Part shown: piece after piece, positions 17,001 to 25,851 of the stretch
Numbering within the stretch: the first letter of the stretch is position 1
Layout: the number at the start of each line of letters is the position of its first letter
Assembly (NCBI RefSeq): GCF_030691135.1
Contig: NZ_JAUYFA010000058.1
Location: forward strand, 1,620-65,619
Origin: Phreatobacter sp.
GTDB taxonomy: Bacteria > Pseudomonadota > Alphaproteobacteria > Rhizobiales > Phreatobacteraceae
DNA length: 64,000 bases
Reading direction: 5' to 3'
Notes under the pieces: generated by a model
Database searches by the model: none
What the model saw: the letters and a program-made list of their open reading frames with translations, nothing else
Told to the model about the DNA's origin: nothing
Program-made: the position numbers and the translations under genes

Positions 17001-18179
17001 ATGAGCACGATCGAGACCCCCCCGGCAGCGAAGACGGCGTTCTGGAACGATCCGGTCAAGCGCGGTCTGGCGCTGCAGTCGATCCTCGTCGTCTTCGTCC
17101 TCGTCGTCGTCTGGGCGGCCTGGAACAACATGTCCGCCAACATGGTGGCGCGTGGTCTGATCTTCGGCTGGGATTACCTCGGCCGTCCCGCCAATTTTGC
17201 CATCGGCGAGGGGCTCATCCCCTTCGCGCCGACCGACAGCTACGGTCGTGCCTTGTTCGTCGGCCTGCTCAACACACTGCGGATCGCGGTGGTCGGGATC
17301 ATTCTCGCCACCCTGCTCGGGGTCGCGCTCGGCGTCATGCGCCTGTCCTCAAACCCGCTGCTGGCGCGCCTGGTCTCCGGCTATGTCGAGGTCGTGCGCA
17401 ACACGCCGCTGCTGCTGCAACTCTTCCTCTGGTACGCCATCATCAATGCCCTTCCGGGTCCGCGACAGGCCCTGCCGCTGGGGCCGGGCATGTTCCTGTC
17501 GAACCGCGGCCTGAAGGTGCCGTGGGTCGAATGGTCGCCTGCGCTCTGGCCCGTCATCTGGGCCCTCGTCGCCGGCATCGTCGGCGCCTTCATCGCGGCC
17601 CGTGCGCTGCAGCGGCGCCGCGAGGCCACCGGCGACGCGCCGCCGACCTTGCCGATCGCCGCCGCGCTGATCATCGGCCTTCCGTTCCTGACACTGGCCG
17701 CGCAGGGCTTCCCCGCGACCCTGAGCGTTCCGGTTCTCCAGGGCTTCAACTTCACCGGCGGCATCGAACTCTCGCCCGAATTCGTTGCCCTTCTGCTCGG
17801 CCTTGTCCTCTACACCGCTGCCTTCATCGCCGAGATCGTCCGCGGCGGCATCGTTTCGGTCTACAAGGGCCAGTGGGAGGCAGCCCGGGCCCTGGGTCTG
17901 CCGGCGCCGCGCATCATGCGGCTCGTCATCCTGCCGCAGGCGCTGCGGGTGATCATCCCGCCACTCACCAGCCAGTATCTCAACCTCACCAAGAACTCGT
18001 CGCTGGCTGTAGCGATCGGCTACCCCGAGCTCGTCCACGTCTCCAACACGACGATGAATCAGACCGGTCGCGCCGTGGAGGTGATCCTTGTCTTCGCCCT
18101 GGTCTACCTGACGATCTCGCTTCTGACCTCGGGCTTCATGAATTGGTATAACGGCCGTGTCGCGATCCGGGAGCGCTGA
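17001..18179 (+). CDS. aapQ: general L-amino-acid ABC transporter permease
   Basis: Long N-terminal domain (FWNDPVKRGLALQ) followed by a His/Glu/Gln-type permease core (FIAEIVRGGIVSVYKGQWEAARALGL). ATG 17001. Confidence 0.85.
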   Translation: MSTIETPPAAKTAFWNDPVKRGLALQSILVVFVLVVVWAAWNNMSANMVARGLIFGWDYLGRPANFAIGEGLIPFAPTDSYGRALFVGLLNTLRIAVVGIILATLLGVALGVMRLSSNPLLARLVSGYVEVVRNTPLLLQLFLWYAIINALPGPRQALPLGPGMFLSNRGLKVPWVEWSPALWPVIWALVAGIVGAFIAARALQRRREATGDAPPTLPIAAALIIGLPFLTLAAQGFPATLSVPVLQGFNFTGGIELSPEFVALLLGLVLYTAAFIAEIVRGGIVSVYKGQWEAARALGLPAPRIMRLVILPQALRVIIPPLTSQYLNLTKNSSLAVAIGYPELVHVSNTTMNQTGRAVEVILVFALVYLTISLLTSGFMNWYNGRVAIRER

Positions 18180-18183
18180 TGCC

Positions 18184-19329
18184 ATGAACCGCCCAGTCGC
18201 ACCGGACGCGCTCGTCCACTATGTCGCCAGCGAAAAGCTCGCCGACCTGAAGCCGCCGGCGAGCGTTCTGCCGTCACTGCCGGTCGCGCTGTTCCGAACC
18301 TATTTTGGCACCCCGGGCACTGCGGTGATCACCGTGGTCTGCCTCGCCATCCTCGCCTGGACCCTGCCGCCTTTCCTGTCATGGGCCTTCGTCAACGCGA
18401 CGTGGATCGGCACCGCGGCCCAGTGCCGCGAGGCCGGCGGCGCCTGCTGGGCCTTCATCAGCGAGAAGTTCTGGTTCTCGGTCTTCGGCCTATACCCCTT
18501 CGAGCAGCGCTGGCGGCCGGCCACCGTCCTGGTGATCTTCGCCGTCATGGTGGCCCTCTCGACGCAGCGCCTCTTCTGGCGCCGCGAGCTGATCTATGCC
18601 TGGCTCGCGGTGCTCGCGGTCATGTGGGGGCTGATGGGCGGCTCGGTCCTCGGCATTCCGATCCCCGGCCTCGCACCGGTGGCGACGCAGCTCTGGGGCG
18701 GCTGGCTGGTGACCATCTTCCTGTCGGTCTTCGGCCTCGCCATGGCCTATCCGATCGGGATCATCCTGGCGCTCGGCCGCCGCTCGAAGCGGCCCATCGT
18801 GCGGGCGCTGTCCGTCGCCTGGATCGAATTCATCCGCGGCGTGCCGCTGATCTCGCTGCTCTTCATCGCGACCTTCATCGTGCCGCTCTTCATGCCACAG
18901 GGCGTCGAGATCGACCGGCTGATCCGCGCCCAGATCGCCTTCATCCTCTTCGCCGCGGCCTATATGGCGGAAGTCTTCCGCGGCGGTCTGCAGGCGATCC
19001 CGAAGGGCCAGTTCGAGGGCGCCGAATCGTTGGGGCTGAACTATGCCCAGACGATGCGGTTCATCGTTCTGCCGCAGGCCCTGAAGATCACCATTCCGGC
19101 GCAGGTGAACACCTTCATCGGCCTGTTCAAGGACACGACGCTGGTACTCATCATCGGCATCTTCGACTTCTTCACGACGCTGCGCTCGGCCCTCGGTGAT
19201 TCCGCCTGGCTGGGCTTTGCCACCGAGGCCTATCTCTACGCCGCCTTCGTCTATTTCGTCGCCTGCTACACCATGAGCCGCTATTCGCAGCGCCTGGAGA
19301 CGGACCTCAGCCCCGAACGGGTGCGCTGA
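18184..19329 (+). CDS. aapM: general L-amino-acid ABC transporter permease
   Basis: Lies 4 nt after the aapQ stop. Core motif YMAEVFRGGLQAIPKGQFEGAESLGL. The Cys-containing periplasmic loop (AAQCREAGGACWAF) is typical of AapM/BztC. Confidence 0.85.
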   Translation: MNRPVAPDALVHYVASEKLADLKPPASVLPSLPVALFRTYFGTPGTAVITVVCLAILAWTLPPFLSWAFVNATWIGTAAQCREAGGACWAFISEKFWFSVFGLYPFEQRWRPATVLVIFAVMVALSTQRLFWRRELIYAWLAVLAVMWGLMGGSVLGIPIPGLAPVATQLWGGWLVTIFLSVFGLAMAYPIGIILALGRRSKRPIVRALSVAWIEFIRGVPLISLLFIATFIVPLFMPQGVEIDRLIRAQIAFILFAAAYMAEVFRGGLQAIPKGQFEGAESLGLNYAQTMRFIVLPQALKITIPAQVNTFIGLFKDTTLVLIIGIFDFFTTLRSALGDSAWLGFATEAYLYAAFVYFVACYTMSRYSQRLETDLSPERVR

Positions 19330-19336
19330 GGCCGGA

Positions 19337-20812
19337 TCAGAGGATCAGCGCGCCCGGCGCCTCGGCGTCGATGGGCCATTTCGGCCGGGCGATGCGGTCG
19401 TAGCTGTGCTTCTCGTAGCGCTGGGTCGAGGGGCCCTGCGTCTCCGAATAGAAGACCCGGGAGGCGAGCGGCCCATAGGCCGCCATGAAATGCTGGGCCG
19501 ATTTGAGCACCAGCAGCCGGTAGGAAGCCGGGTCGAGCCCGAGCGCGGTGAAGAGTTCGCGCCCTAGCGCCTGGGCGCGGTTGGTGTTCATGACCACCGT
19601 GACGCCGCCGATCCTGACCGCCGCGAGATCGCCGACCGGCCCCTTGGCCTCGCCGAAACTCTGGTGGCAGTCCTTCGCCACCGCCAGCACCTCGCAATCG
19701 GCGTCGAACGGATCGCCGGACAGCTCGGACGTCTTGCCGCCGATCCTCAGGCGCAGCCGCGCGCCGGCGCCGACGGCATGGCAGAAGCCGACCGCCATCG
19801 GGTCCCAGAGAGGCGCCACGGCGGCGTTCTCGACCCCGCGGGCGACGAGTTCGCGCAGCGACATCGTGTTGTCGGAGGCGGAGCCGCCGCCGGCATTGTC
19901 GGCCGGCTCGGCGATGATGGCGGGTCCGGTCGCCGTATCGGTTGCGAGCGCCTGGTCGAGGGCGTCGACGAAGTCGAGGTTGGGAGGCGCGGTCCTGCCG
20001 CGCAGCGCGACGATCTCCTCGCCGAGCCGGATCGCCAGCGCGTCTCCCTGCGCCTTGGCATTGTCGGTATAGACCAGCATGCGCGACCCCATTTCCGGCA
20101 CGTCGGCATGGGGGAAGCCATGCACGAAGGAGACGGAGAGCACCCCGTCGTGGCCCTCGAAACTCTTCTGGCGGGCGACGAAGGACGTGTTGGGCTCCGA
20201 GGTCGTCGGATAGAAGGCGATCATGCCGCAATCGTAGAGCGAGGCCACCGGGCGGATCTCGCCGCGGATCGTCTTCAGCACCAGCGTCACCAGTTCCTCG
20301 GCGCGCGGCACGATGTCGACATGCGGATATTCCTTGAAGCAGATGATGATGTCGGCGAGGCCGACGCGCTTCAGCGTCATGTGGTTGTGCGGGTCGAGTT
20401 CGACGCCGATGACGCATTTTGGTCCGACCAGCGCGCGCACGCGCTCCAGCACGTCGCCCTCGCAGTCGTCGTAGCCGCCGGCGACCATGGCGCCGTGCAT
20501 CCCGAGGAGCACGCCGTCCAGCGGCAGTGCGGCCTGCAACTGGCCGAGGATTTCATCGCGCATCGTCTCATAGGCGACCCGGGTCGTCGGCCCGGCCGGC
20601 TGGGCGAAGAAGCAGGAGCCCTCGACCAGCGTGAACCCTTCCTGCGTGGCGCGGCGGCGGGCGACGAAAAGCGGTGCGCTGCACAGCGTCGGCTGGTCGG
20701 CCGGGTGTTCCCCCGGGCGAAAGGCGACGCAGGTGAGGTAGTTCTCCATCGCCGTCGGGATCGGCGAGAACGTGTTGGTCTCCGTGGCGATGCTGGCCGT
20801 GAAGATGCGCAT
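19337..20812 (-). CDS. M81 family metallopeptidase (MlrC-like)
   Basis: MRIFTASIATETNTFSP and GVLLGMHGAMV...DCEGD are typical of the MlrC N-terminal domain. ATG 20812 is chosen over the upstream in-frame start. Confidence 0.8.
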   Translation of the reverse strand: MRIFTASIATETNTFSPIPTAMENYLTCVAFRPGEHPADQPTLCSAPLFVARRRATQEGFTLVEGSCFFAQPAGPTTRVAYETMRDEILGQLQAALPLDGVLLGMHGAMVAGGYDDCEGDVLERVRALVGPKCVIGVELDPHNHMTLKRVGLADIIICFKEYPHVDIVPRAEELVTLVLKTIRGEIRPVASLYDCGMIAFYPTTSEPNTSFVARQKSFEGHDGVLSVSFVHGFPHADVPEMGSRMLVYTDNAKAQGDALAIRLGEEIVALRGRTAPPNLDFVDALDQALATDTATGPAIIAEPADNAGGGSASDNTMSLRELVARGVENAAVAPLWDPMAVGFCHAVGAGARLRLRIGGKTSELSGDPFDADCEVLAVAKDCHQSFGEAKGPVGDLAAVRIGGVTVVMNTNRAQALGRELFTALGLDPASYRLLVLKSAQHFMAAYGPLASRVFYSETQGPSTQRYEKHSYDRIARPKWPIDAEAPGALIL

Positions 20813-20965
20813 GTCCTGAGGTTCCGTTCGCTGGCCGCCCGATGTGTCAGGCAGGACCATTCCACGGGCCCGCGTGGTTTTCCAGCAAGGCCCGGGGCGA
20901 GCGAGGCATCCACTCCGCGCATGGCTGGGCGACGGCTGGACGCTTCGGCTGAAGGCTGCCGCCGT

Positions 20966-21268
20966 TCAGGGGGCGGCGCGGCGGCTGAGGATGGCGAAGT
21001 CGAGATTGCTGAGTTCGAGGGTGAACCGGGCGCCCGTTGCGACGACGGACGCCTTCAGCGACCAGCGGCTGCCGACCAGCGTCACGTCCCCCGCCGCAGC
21101 GTAGCCGGCTTCGGTCAGCTGGAACTCGATGGCCCGCCGTTCCTCGGTGGTCGGCGCCCGTCCGGTTTCCGCCGGCGGCTCGGTGGCGGCGCCGGCCATG
21201 GTCGCGACGCAGACGGTTGTGAAGGCGAGACCGCGCAGCAGGCTGGTGATCGTCATGGGAACGGTCAT
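20966..21268 (-). CDS. small exported protein, PepSY-like
   Basis: 100 aa with an N-terminal hydrophobic signal. TTEERRAIEFQLTEAGYAAAGDVTLVGSRWSLKA...FTLELS resembles small PepSY-type periplasmic proteins. ATGA overlap with the upstream ORF. Confidence 0.5.
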   Translation of the reverse strand: MTVPMTITSLLRGLAFTTVCVATMAGAATEPPAETGRAPTTEERRAIEFQLTEAGYAAAGDVTLVGSRWSLKASVVATGARFTLELSNLDFAILSRRAAP

Positions 21269-21693
21269 AGACGGAACGGAATGACGGTTGCCGACGCTGC
21301 GGGCGAGACATGCCCCATGCGTCGCAAGGTGTCGCGACCGGAGATCCCGGACGATCCGCCGGCATCATTGGCGTGGCGCGGGGCGAGGGCACCGGCGGTG
21401 ACGAAGGCCGGCAGTGACTCCCCGGGCTTGCCGGAGCCTTCGACACCCTGGCGCGACCACGGAAGCATCCCGCGGCGCGTTTCCACCATGATCGTCAGCG
21501 TCGTGGTCCAGCCGTGACCGCAGGCGTCGCAATGCCAGTCGTGCTGGATGCGGTCGGGCGCGAGGTTGCGTGAGCTGATCGGTGCGATGGGATGGCGGGT
21601 GCCGCAGGCCGGGCAGCCGGATGACCCTTCGCCGCGGGTCTCGTCGAAATGGCGCGGTGACAGCGACCTGTGGAGGGAACCGTGATGGGTCAT
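21265..21693 (-). CDS. hypothetical zinc-ribbon protein
   Basis: CPACG-N26-CDACGH four-Cys ribbon near the N-terminus, with a low-complexity tail. The stop overlaps the next start (ATGA). The start is placed at ATG 21693, and the upstream part of the 216-aa ORF lies in AT-richer intergenic-looking DNA. Confidence 0.4.
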   Translation of the reverse strand: MTHHGSLHRSLSPRHFDETRGEGSSGCPACGTRHPIAPISSRNLAPDRIQHDWHCDACGHGWTTTLTIMVETRRGMLPWSRQGVEGSGKPGESLPAFVTAGALAPRHANDAGGSSGISGRDTLRRMGHVSPAASATVIPFRL

Positions 21694-22137
21694 GGGTGAG
21701 CTTTCTGTCGGCGAACGCGCACAGTCCGGCGCGAGGCCAGCAACACTGGCGCACCGGATCGAAGCGCAATCGCAAGAAAAAGGGGCGCGGTCGTCAGGAT
21801 CGCATTCGATCATCAAATCCGGCGCAATGACGCTGGACCTGCCTCGCTTCGCATTGACGGCGGCGCGGATCAACAGAGCGCGCTCTTGAAAGATCGCCAA
21901 TGGATCGAATTGCACCGCAGCAAGGTGACGACACGTTGCAACGATGAGACATCATCGCACGAATAGTAAAGAACGACAATGGTTTATTTGTACGGCGCGG
22001 GGCCGCCATGGGTCTTGAGGGGGCTCGGCAGTTCCGGAACGGCAGACGCGCGCGCCGGTGTGGTGACAGACGCCGGCGGCCAGCCTACCACTTGCGCTTC
22101 CCCGCGACTGCCCGATCCATCGCCCTTTGGTTTCACG

Positions 22138-23289
22138 ATGCCTGATCTCATGCCCATGGCCGGTGGCGCCGCCTTCCTGGCCAATCCCGCGCTGGACCGC
22201 CGGCGTGCTTACGGCGCGGCCGAACAGGCGATCCTGTCGCTCGCCAAGGCCGCGCAGGCGCATCATGCCATTGCCGCCTGGGACGGCTACCGACCGACAC
22301 CGATGATGTCGCTCGCAAACCTCGCGCTTGAGACCGGCGTCGCCGAAGTGCTCTACAAACACGAGGCACATCGCTTCGCGCTGAAGAGCTTCAAGGCGCT
22401 CGGCGGGGCCTATGCGGTCGAGCGGCTGGTCGCCGCGCGGGGATCGGCGGCGGGCCTGACGGTCACCTGCGCCACCGACGGCAATCACGGCCGCGCCGTC
22501 GCCTGGGGCGCCAGGCGTCTCGGTGTCGAGGCGGTGATCTATGTCCACGAAACCGTGAGCGAGGGCAGGGCGGCTGCCATCGCCGGCTTCGGCGCCGAGG
22601 TGCGGCGGGTCCCCGGTAATTACGACGATGCGGTGCGGACCTCCGCGCAGGCCGCCGCGGTGAACGGCTGGACCATCGTCTCCGACACATCCTGGCCGGG
22701 CTATGACCTCATCCCGCGCGATGTCATGCAGGGCTATGCCGTCCTCGCGCTGGAGGCGGAGGGGCAGGGCGCCCGGCCGACCCATGTCTTCATCCAGGGC
22801 GGCGTCGGCGGTCTCGCGGCCGGTGTCCTGTCCTGGTACTGGGAAAGTCAGGGGGCGGACCGGCCGGTGCTGGTGGTGGTCGAACCGGACAAGGCCGACT
22901 GCCTTCTCGCCAGCGCCGCGGCGGGACGCTGGACGAGCGTCGGCGGCGATCTCGACACGATCATGGCGGGCCTTGCCTGCGGCGAACCTTCGGAACTCGC
23001 CTGGACGCTGCTGTCGCCCGGCGCCGACGCCTTCATGGCGATCCCCGACGCGCTCGCGGCCGGGACGATGCGCCTCCTCGCCGGCCAGGGCATCGCTGCC
23101 GGTGAGTCGGGCGTGGCCGGCCTCGCCGGTTTCCGGGCGGTGGCCGCCGATCCCGCCATGCGCACGCTGCTCGGCATCGATGCCGCCTCGCGGGTGCTCT
23201 GCATCGGCACCGAGGGCGCCACAGACCCCGCCATCTATCGTGAGATCGTCGGCAGGGATGCCGCAGAGGTCGAGAGGGAAGCCCCATGA
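22138..23289 (+). CDS. dpaL: diaminopropionate ammonia-lyase (PLP-dependent)
   Basis: WDGYRPTPMMSLANLALETGVAEVLYKHEAHRFALKSFKALGGAYAV matches the DAP ammonia-lyase N-terminal signature, including the PLP lysine in SFKALGG. TDGNHGRAVA follows. Confidence 0.8.
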   Translation: MPDLMPMAGGAAFLANPALDRRRAYGAAEQAILSLAKAAQAHHAIAAWDGYRPTPMMSLANLALETGVAEVLYKHEAHRFALKSFKALGGAYAVERLVAARGSAAGLTVTCATDGNHGRAVAWGARRLGVEAVIYVHETVSEGRAAAIAGFGAEVRRVPGNYDDAVRTSAQAAAVNGWTIVSDTSWPGYDLIPRDVMQGYAVLALEAEGQGARPTHVFIQGGVGGLAAGVLSWYWESQGADRPVLVVVEPDKADCLLASAAAGRWTSVGGDLDTIMAGLACGEPSELAWTLLSPGADAFMAIPDALAAGTMRLLAGQGIAAGESGVAGLAGFRAVAADPAMRTLLGIDAASRVLCIGTEGATDPAIYREIVGRDAAEVEREAP

Positions 23290-24215
23290 GCCGTATCGTC
23301 ACCGTCGGCGCCGCCCAGATGGGTGCCATCCAGCGGGGTCATTCACGCCGCGAGATCGTCGCCCGGATGCTCGAGCTGATGCGCGAGGCGGCGTCGCACC
23401 GCTGCGATCTCGTCGTATTTCCCGAACTCACCCTGACGACCTTCTTCCCCCGGTGGTGGATGGAGAGCCAGGACGAAATCGACACCTTCTTCGAGCGCGA
23501 GATGCCGTCCAACGAGACCGCGCCGCTCTTCACCGAGGCGGCGCGGCTCGGCATCGGCTTCTCGATGGGTTACGCCGAGCTGACGCCCGAGGGGCGGCGC
23601 TTCAACGCCGCCATCCTCGTGAACAAGTCCGGCGAGATCGTTGGCAAATATCGAAAGATCCATCTTCCGGGCCATGCCGGCCATGAGCCCTGGCGCGCCT
23701 TCCAGCATCTCGAGAAGCGCTATTTCGAGGTCGGTGACCTCTCCTGGGGCGTCTGGAACGCCCTCGGCGGCAATATGGGCATGATGATCTGCAACGACCG
23801 CCGCTGGCCGGAGAGCTACCGGGTCATGGGGCTGCAATCCGTCGAGATGATCCTCCTCGGCTACAACACGCCGCGCCACAATCCGCCGGCCCCGGACCAC
23901 GACCGTCTCGGCGAGTTCCACAACCAGCTCGTCATGCAGGCCGGCGCCTACCAGAACGCCACCTGGGTGGTCGGCGTCGCCAAGTGCGGGGTGGAGGAGG
24001 GCTGCGAGATGATCGGCGGCTCCTCCATCATCGCGCCCACCGGCGAGGTGATCGGCCAGGCGCTGACGCAGGAGGATGAACTCGTCGTCGCCCGCTGCGA
24101 CCTCGACCTGACCCGGAGCTACAAGGCGACGACCTTCAATTTCGACCTGCACCGCCAGCCGGACGAGTACCGCCGCATCGTCGAGCAGAGGGGCGCGGTG
24201 GGGCCGGAGGGGTAG
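23286..24215 (+). CDS. N-carbamoyl-D-amino-acid hydrolase (D-carbamoylase, nitrilase superfamily)
   Basis: Colinear with the Agrobacterium D-carbamoylase as I remember it: VVFPELTLTTFFPRWW (Glu), GKYRKIHLPGH (Lys), MICNDRRWPE (Cys), GYNTPRHNPP, NFDLHRQP. ATGA overlap with dpaL. Confidence 0.88.
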   Translation: MSRIVTVGAAQMGAIQRGHSRREIVARMLELMREAASHRCDLVVFPELTLTTFFPRWWMESQDEIDTFFEREMPSNETAPLFTEAARLGIGFSMGYAELTPEGRRFNAAILVNKSGEIVGKYRKIHLPGHAGHEPWRAFQHLEKRYFEVGDLSWGVWNALGGNMGMMICNDRRWPESYRVMGLQSVEMILLGYNTPRHNPPAPDHDRLGEFHNQLVMQAGAYQNATWVVGVAKCGVEEGCEMIGGSSIIAPTGEVIGQALTQEDELVVARCDLDLTRSYKATTFNFDLHRQPDEYRRIVEQRGAVGPEG

Positions 24216-24219
24216 CGTC

Positions 24220-25605
24220 CTACTCCGCCGCCTGCTGCGCCTCTGCCTCCCAGCCCAGCAGCTTGCCCGGGTTCATCAGGCCATGGGGATCGGCGTGCCG
24301 CTTGAATTCCGGCTGCGGCGCGTCGATTCGCTTCCAGCCGGCATTGTTGAGCACGAAACTGTGCGCATTCGACGGCTGCACGCCGCCTTCCGCCGCCCTG
24401 GCCATGATCTCCATAAGGCGCTCGGGCGTGGTGAACTTCACCAGCGGCAGCGACGAGGTGATGACCTTGCCCTCGCGGCGCTGGAACTCGAGGTGGAAAT
24501 AGACGTCCTCGTCGAATTCCTTGGCCGCCCATTCGACCAGGGCGAGATTGTTCGGCGCCGGAAAACGCAGCTGCAGATAGGTGATGGATGGGTCCATCTT
24601 GAGGGCGTGCAGTGTCGTGTGGTTCCAGGTGTATTCGTAAAGCGGGCCGGGGCCGCCGCGCTCCCGGTGCGTGCCGAAGGCGACCGCCTTGGCTTCGGCC
24701 GCGCCGCGCCGGAAGGTGACCTCGCCCTTGTGGTCGGCGATCAGCAGGTCGAGCGTGTCCGCCTGCGGTTCCGACACCATCAGGATGGCGAAGGCGCGGC
24801 CTTCCCGCAGATAGGGCGCGAGGCGCTTGAGATAGGGCACGATGCGCGGGTCGTGGACCGAGACGAGCTTCTTGGCGATGCCGTCGCATTCCATGAAGGC
24901 CTGGCCGAACCGGGCCGCAGCCATCAGACTGTCGAAGGTGACGATCCGCTCGGCCCAGTCGTGCGCCGGGGCGGTCGGAACCTCCACCTCGGTGATGATG
25001 CCGTTGACCCCATAGGCATGCATGACCTTGAGGATCTCGCGGCCGCGCAGCTCGATCAGGCGCGGCGTCTCCTCGACGGTCATCACCTGGAGCGCCGTGA
25101 CGGCGCCGAGATTGTCGATCTGCCCCCAGGTGCACGAGCCGGCGCCCGCCGCGCCGCCGGCGACGAAGCCGCCGATGGTGGCCTGCGCCCGCGTCGAGGG
25201 ATGGAAGCGCAGTTCCTGGCCGTGCGGGTCCAGCAGCTTGTCGATGTCGAGCATGTTGGCGCCGGCCTCGAAGCGTGCGCCGCCGGGCCGGGCGAAGACC
25301 AGGCGGTTGAGCTGGCGCATGTCGACGATGAGCCCGCCGGCCAGCGGCACGGCCTGGCCGTAATTGCCGGTACCGCCGCCGCGGATGACGAGCGGGATGC
25401 GGTGGCGGGCGCAGGCGGCGGCGATGCGCGTGAGTTCGTCCTTGTCCGCCGGGATGGCGACGAGGTCGGCGACCTTACCTTCCAGCTCCGGTTTCAGGAT
25501 CGGCGAGAACCAGAAGAAATCGCGGCTCGCCATCCGCACGGACGCGGCATCCTCAACAAGAGAGATGCCGGCAAGGTCGGCCCGAAGGCGGTCGAGAGCG
25601 CTCAT
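24220..25605 (-). CDS. FAD-binding oxidoreductase (FAD_binding_4 / FAD-linked oxidase), paralog 1
   Basis: RGGGTGNYGQAVPL FAD motif and C-terminal DPHGLMNPGK. ATG 25605 is preferred, because the ORF-track start at 25641 is TTG. Colinear paralog of 29351-30718. Confidence 0.8.
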   Translation of the reverse strand: MSALDRLRADLAGISLVEDAASVRMASRDFFWFSPILKPELEGKVADLVAIPADKDELTRIAAACARHRIPLVIRGGGTGNYGQAVPLAGGLIVDMRQLNRLVFARPGGARFEAGANMLDIDKLLDPHGQELRFHPSTRAQATIGGFVAGGAAGAGSCTWGQIDNLGAVTALQVMTVEETPRLIELRGREILKVMHAYGVNGIITEVEVPTAPAHDWAERIVTFDSLMAAARFGQAFMECDGIAKKLVSVHDPRIVPYLKRLAPYLREGRAFAILMVSEPQADTLDLLIADHKGEVTFRRGAAEAKAVAFGTHRERGGPGPLYEYTWNHTTLHALKMDPSITYLQLRFPAPNNLALVEWAAKEFDEDVYFHLEFQRREGKVITSSLPLVKFTTPERLMEIMARAAEGGVQPSNAHSFVLNNAGWKRIDAPQPEFKRHADPHGLMNPGKLLGWEAEAQQAAE

Positions 25606-25723
25606 GGTTTCCGTCCGTTCGATGAAGCGACACAGTGCCAAATTGCATCGCCGTGCGCCATGCCGTCATGTCGGCGGAAGGGGGGTGCGGAAGGTGACAA
25701 TTTACGCTGCGGAAACGGCAAAA

Positions 25724-25740
25724 TGCACAATAATTGTGCA
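25724..25740. promoter_or_regulatory. perfect 17-bp palindrome, NtrC-type site candidate
   Basis: TGCACAAT-A-ATTGTGCA. The outer pentamers TGCAC-N7-GTGCA have the spacing of the enterobacterial NtrC consensus TGCACC-N5-GGTGCA. It lies about 40 nt upstream of a sigma-54 -24 element. Confidence 0.55.
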
Positions 25741-25778
25741 CCCTGATCCGGGCGCCTTCACGATATCGTAGGATAAGC

Positions 25779-25794
25779 CGGCACGCCCGTTGCT
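25779..25794 (+). promoter_or_regulatory. sigma-54 (-24/-12) promoter for the 25852-28575 ABC operon
   Basis: CGGCACGCCCGTTGCT equals GGCACG-N4-TTGC, an exact match to the conserved core with GG-N10-GC spacing. It lies about 58 nt upstream of ATG 25852. Confidence 0.7.
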
Positions 25795-25851
25795 CTGATC
25801 GCCGTCATGGATTTCAAGGGTCTTGCGAGGCCCGTTGCAAGAGAGGTCGCC

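Noticed and set aside
21365-21775. An alternative 136-aa ORF overlapping the zinc-ribbon ORF.
   Set aside because: It is Arg/Pro-dominated with no motif. The other frame has the Cys4 ribbon and the ATGA coupling to the downstream gene.
25626-25640. A perfect TGGCAC on the minus strand upstream of FAD oxidoreductase paralog 1, considered as a possible second sigma-54 promoter sharing the NtrC-like palindrome.
   Set aside because: The -12 region reads CGCT, so the GC dinucleotide is one position too close (GG-N9-GC). The canonical spacing rule is violated.
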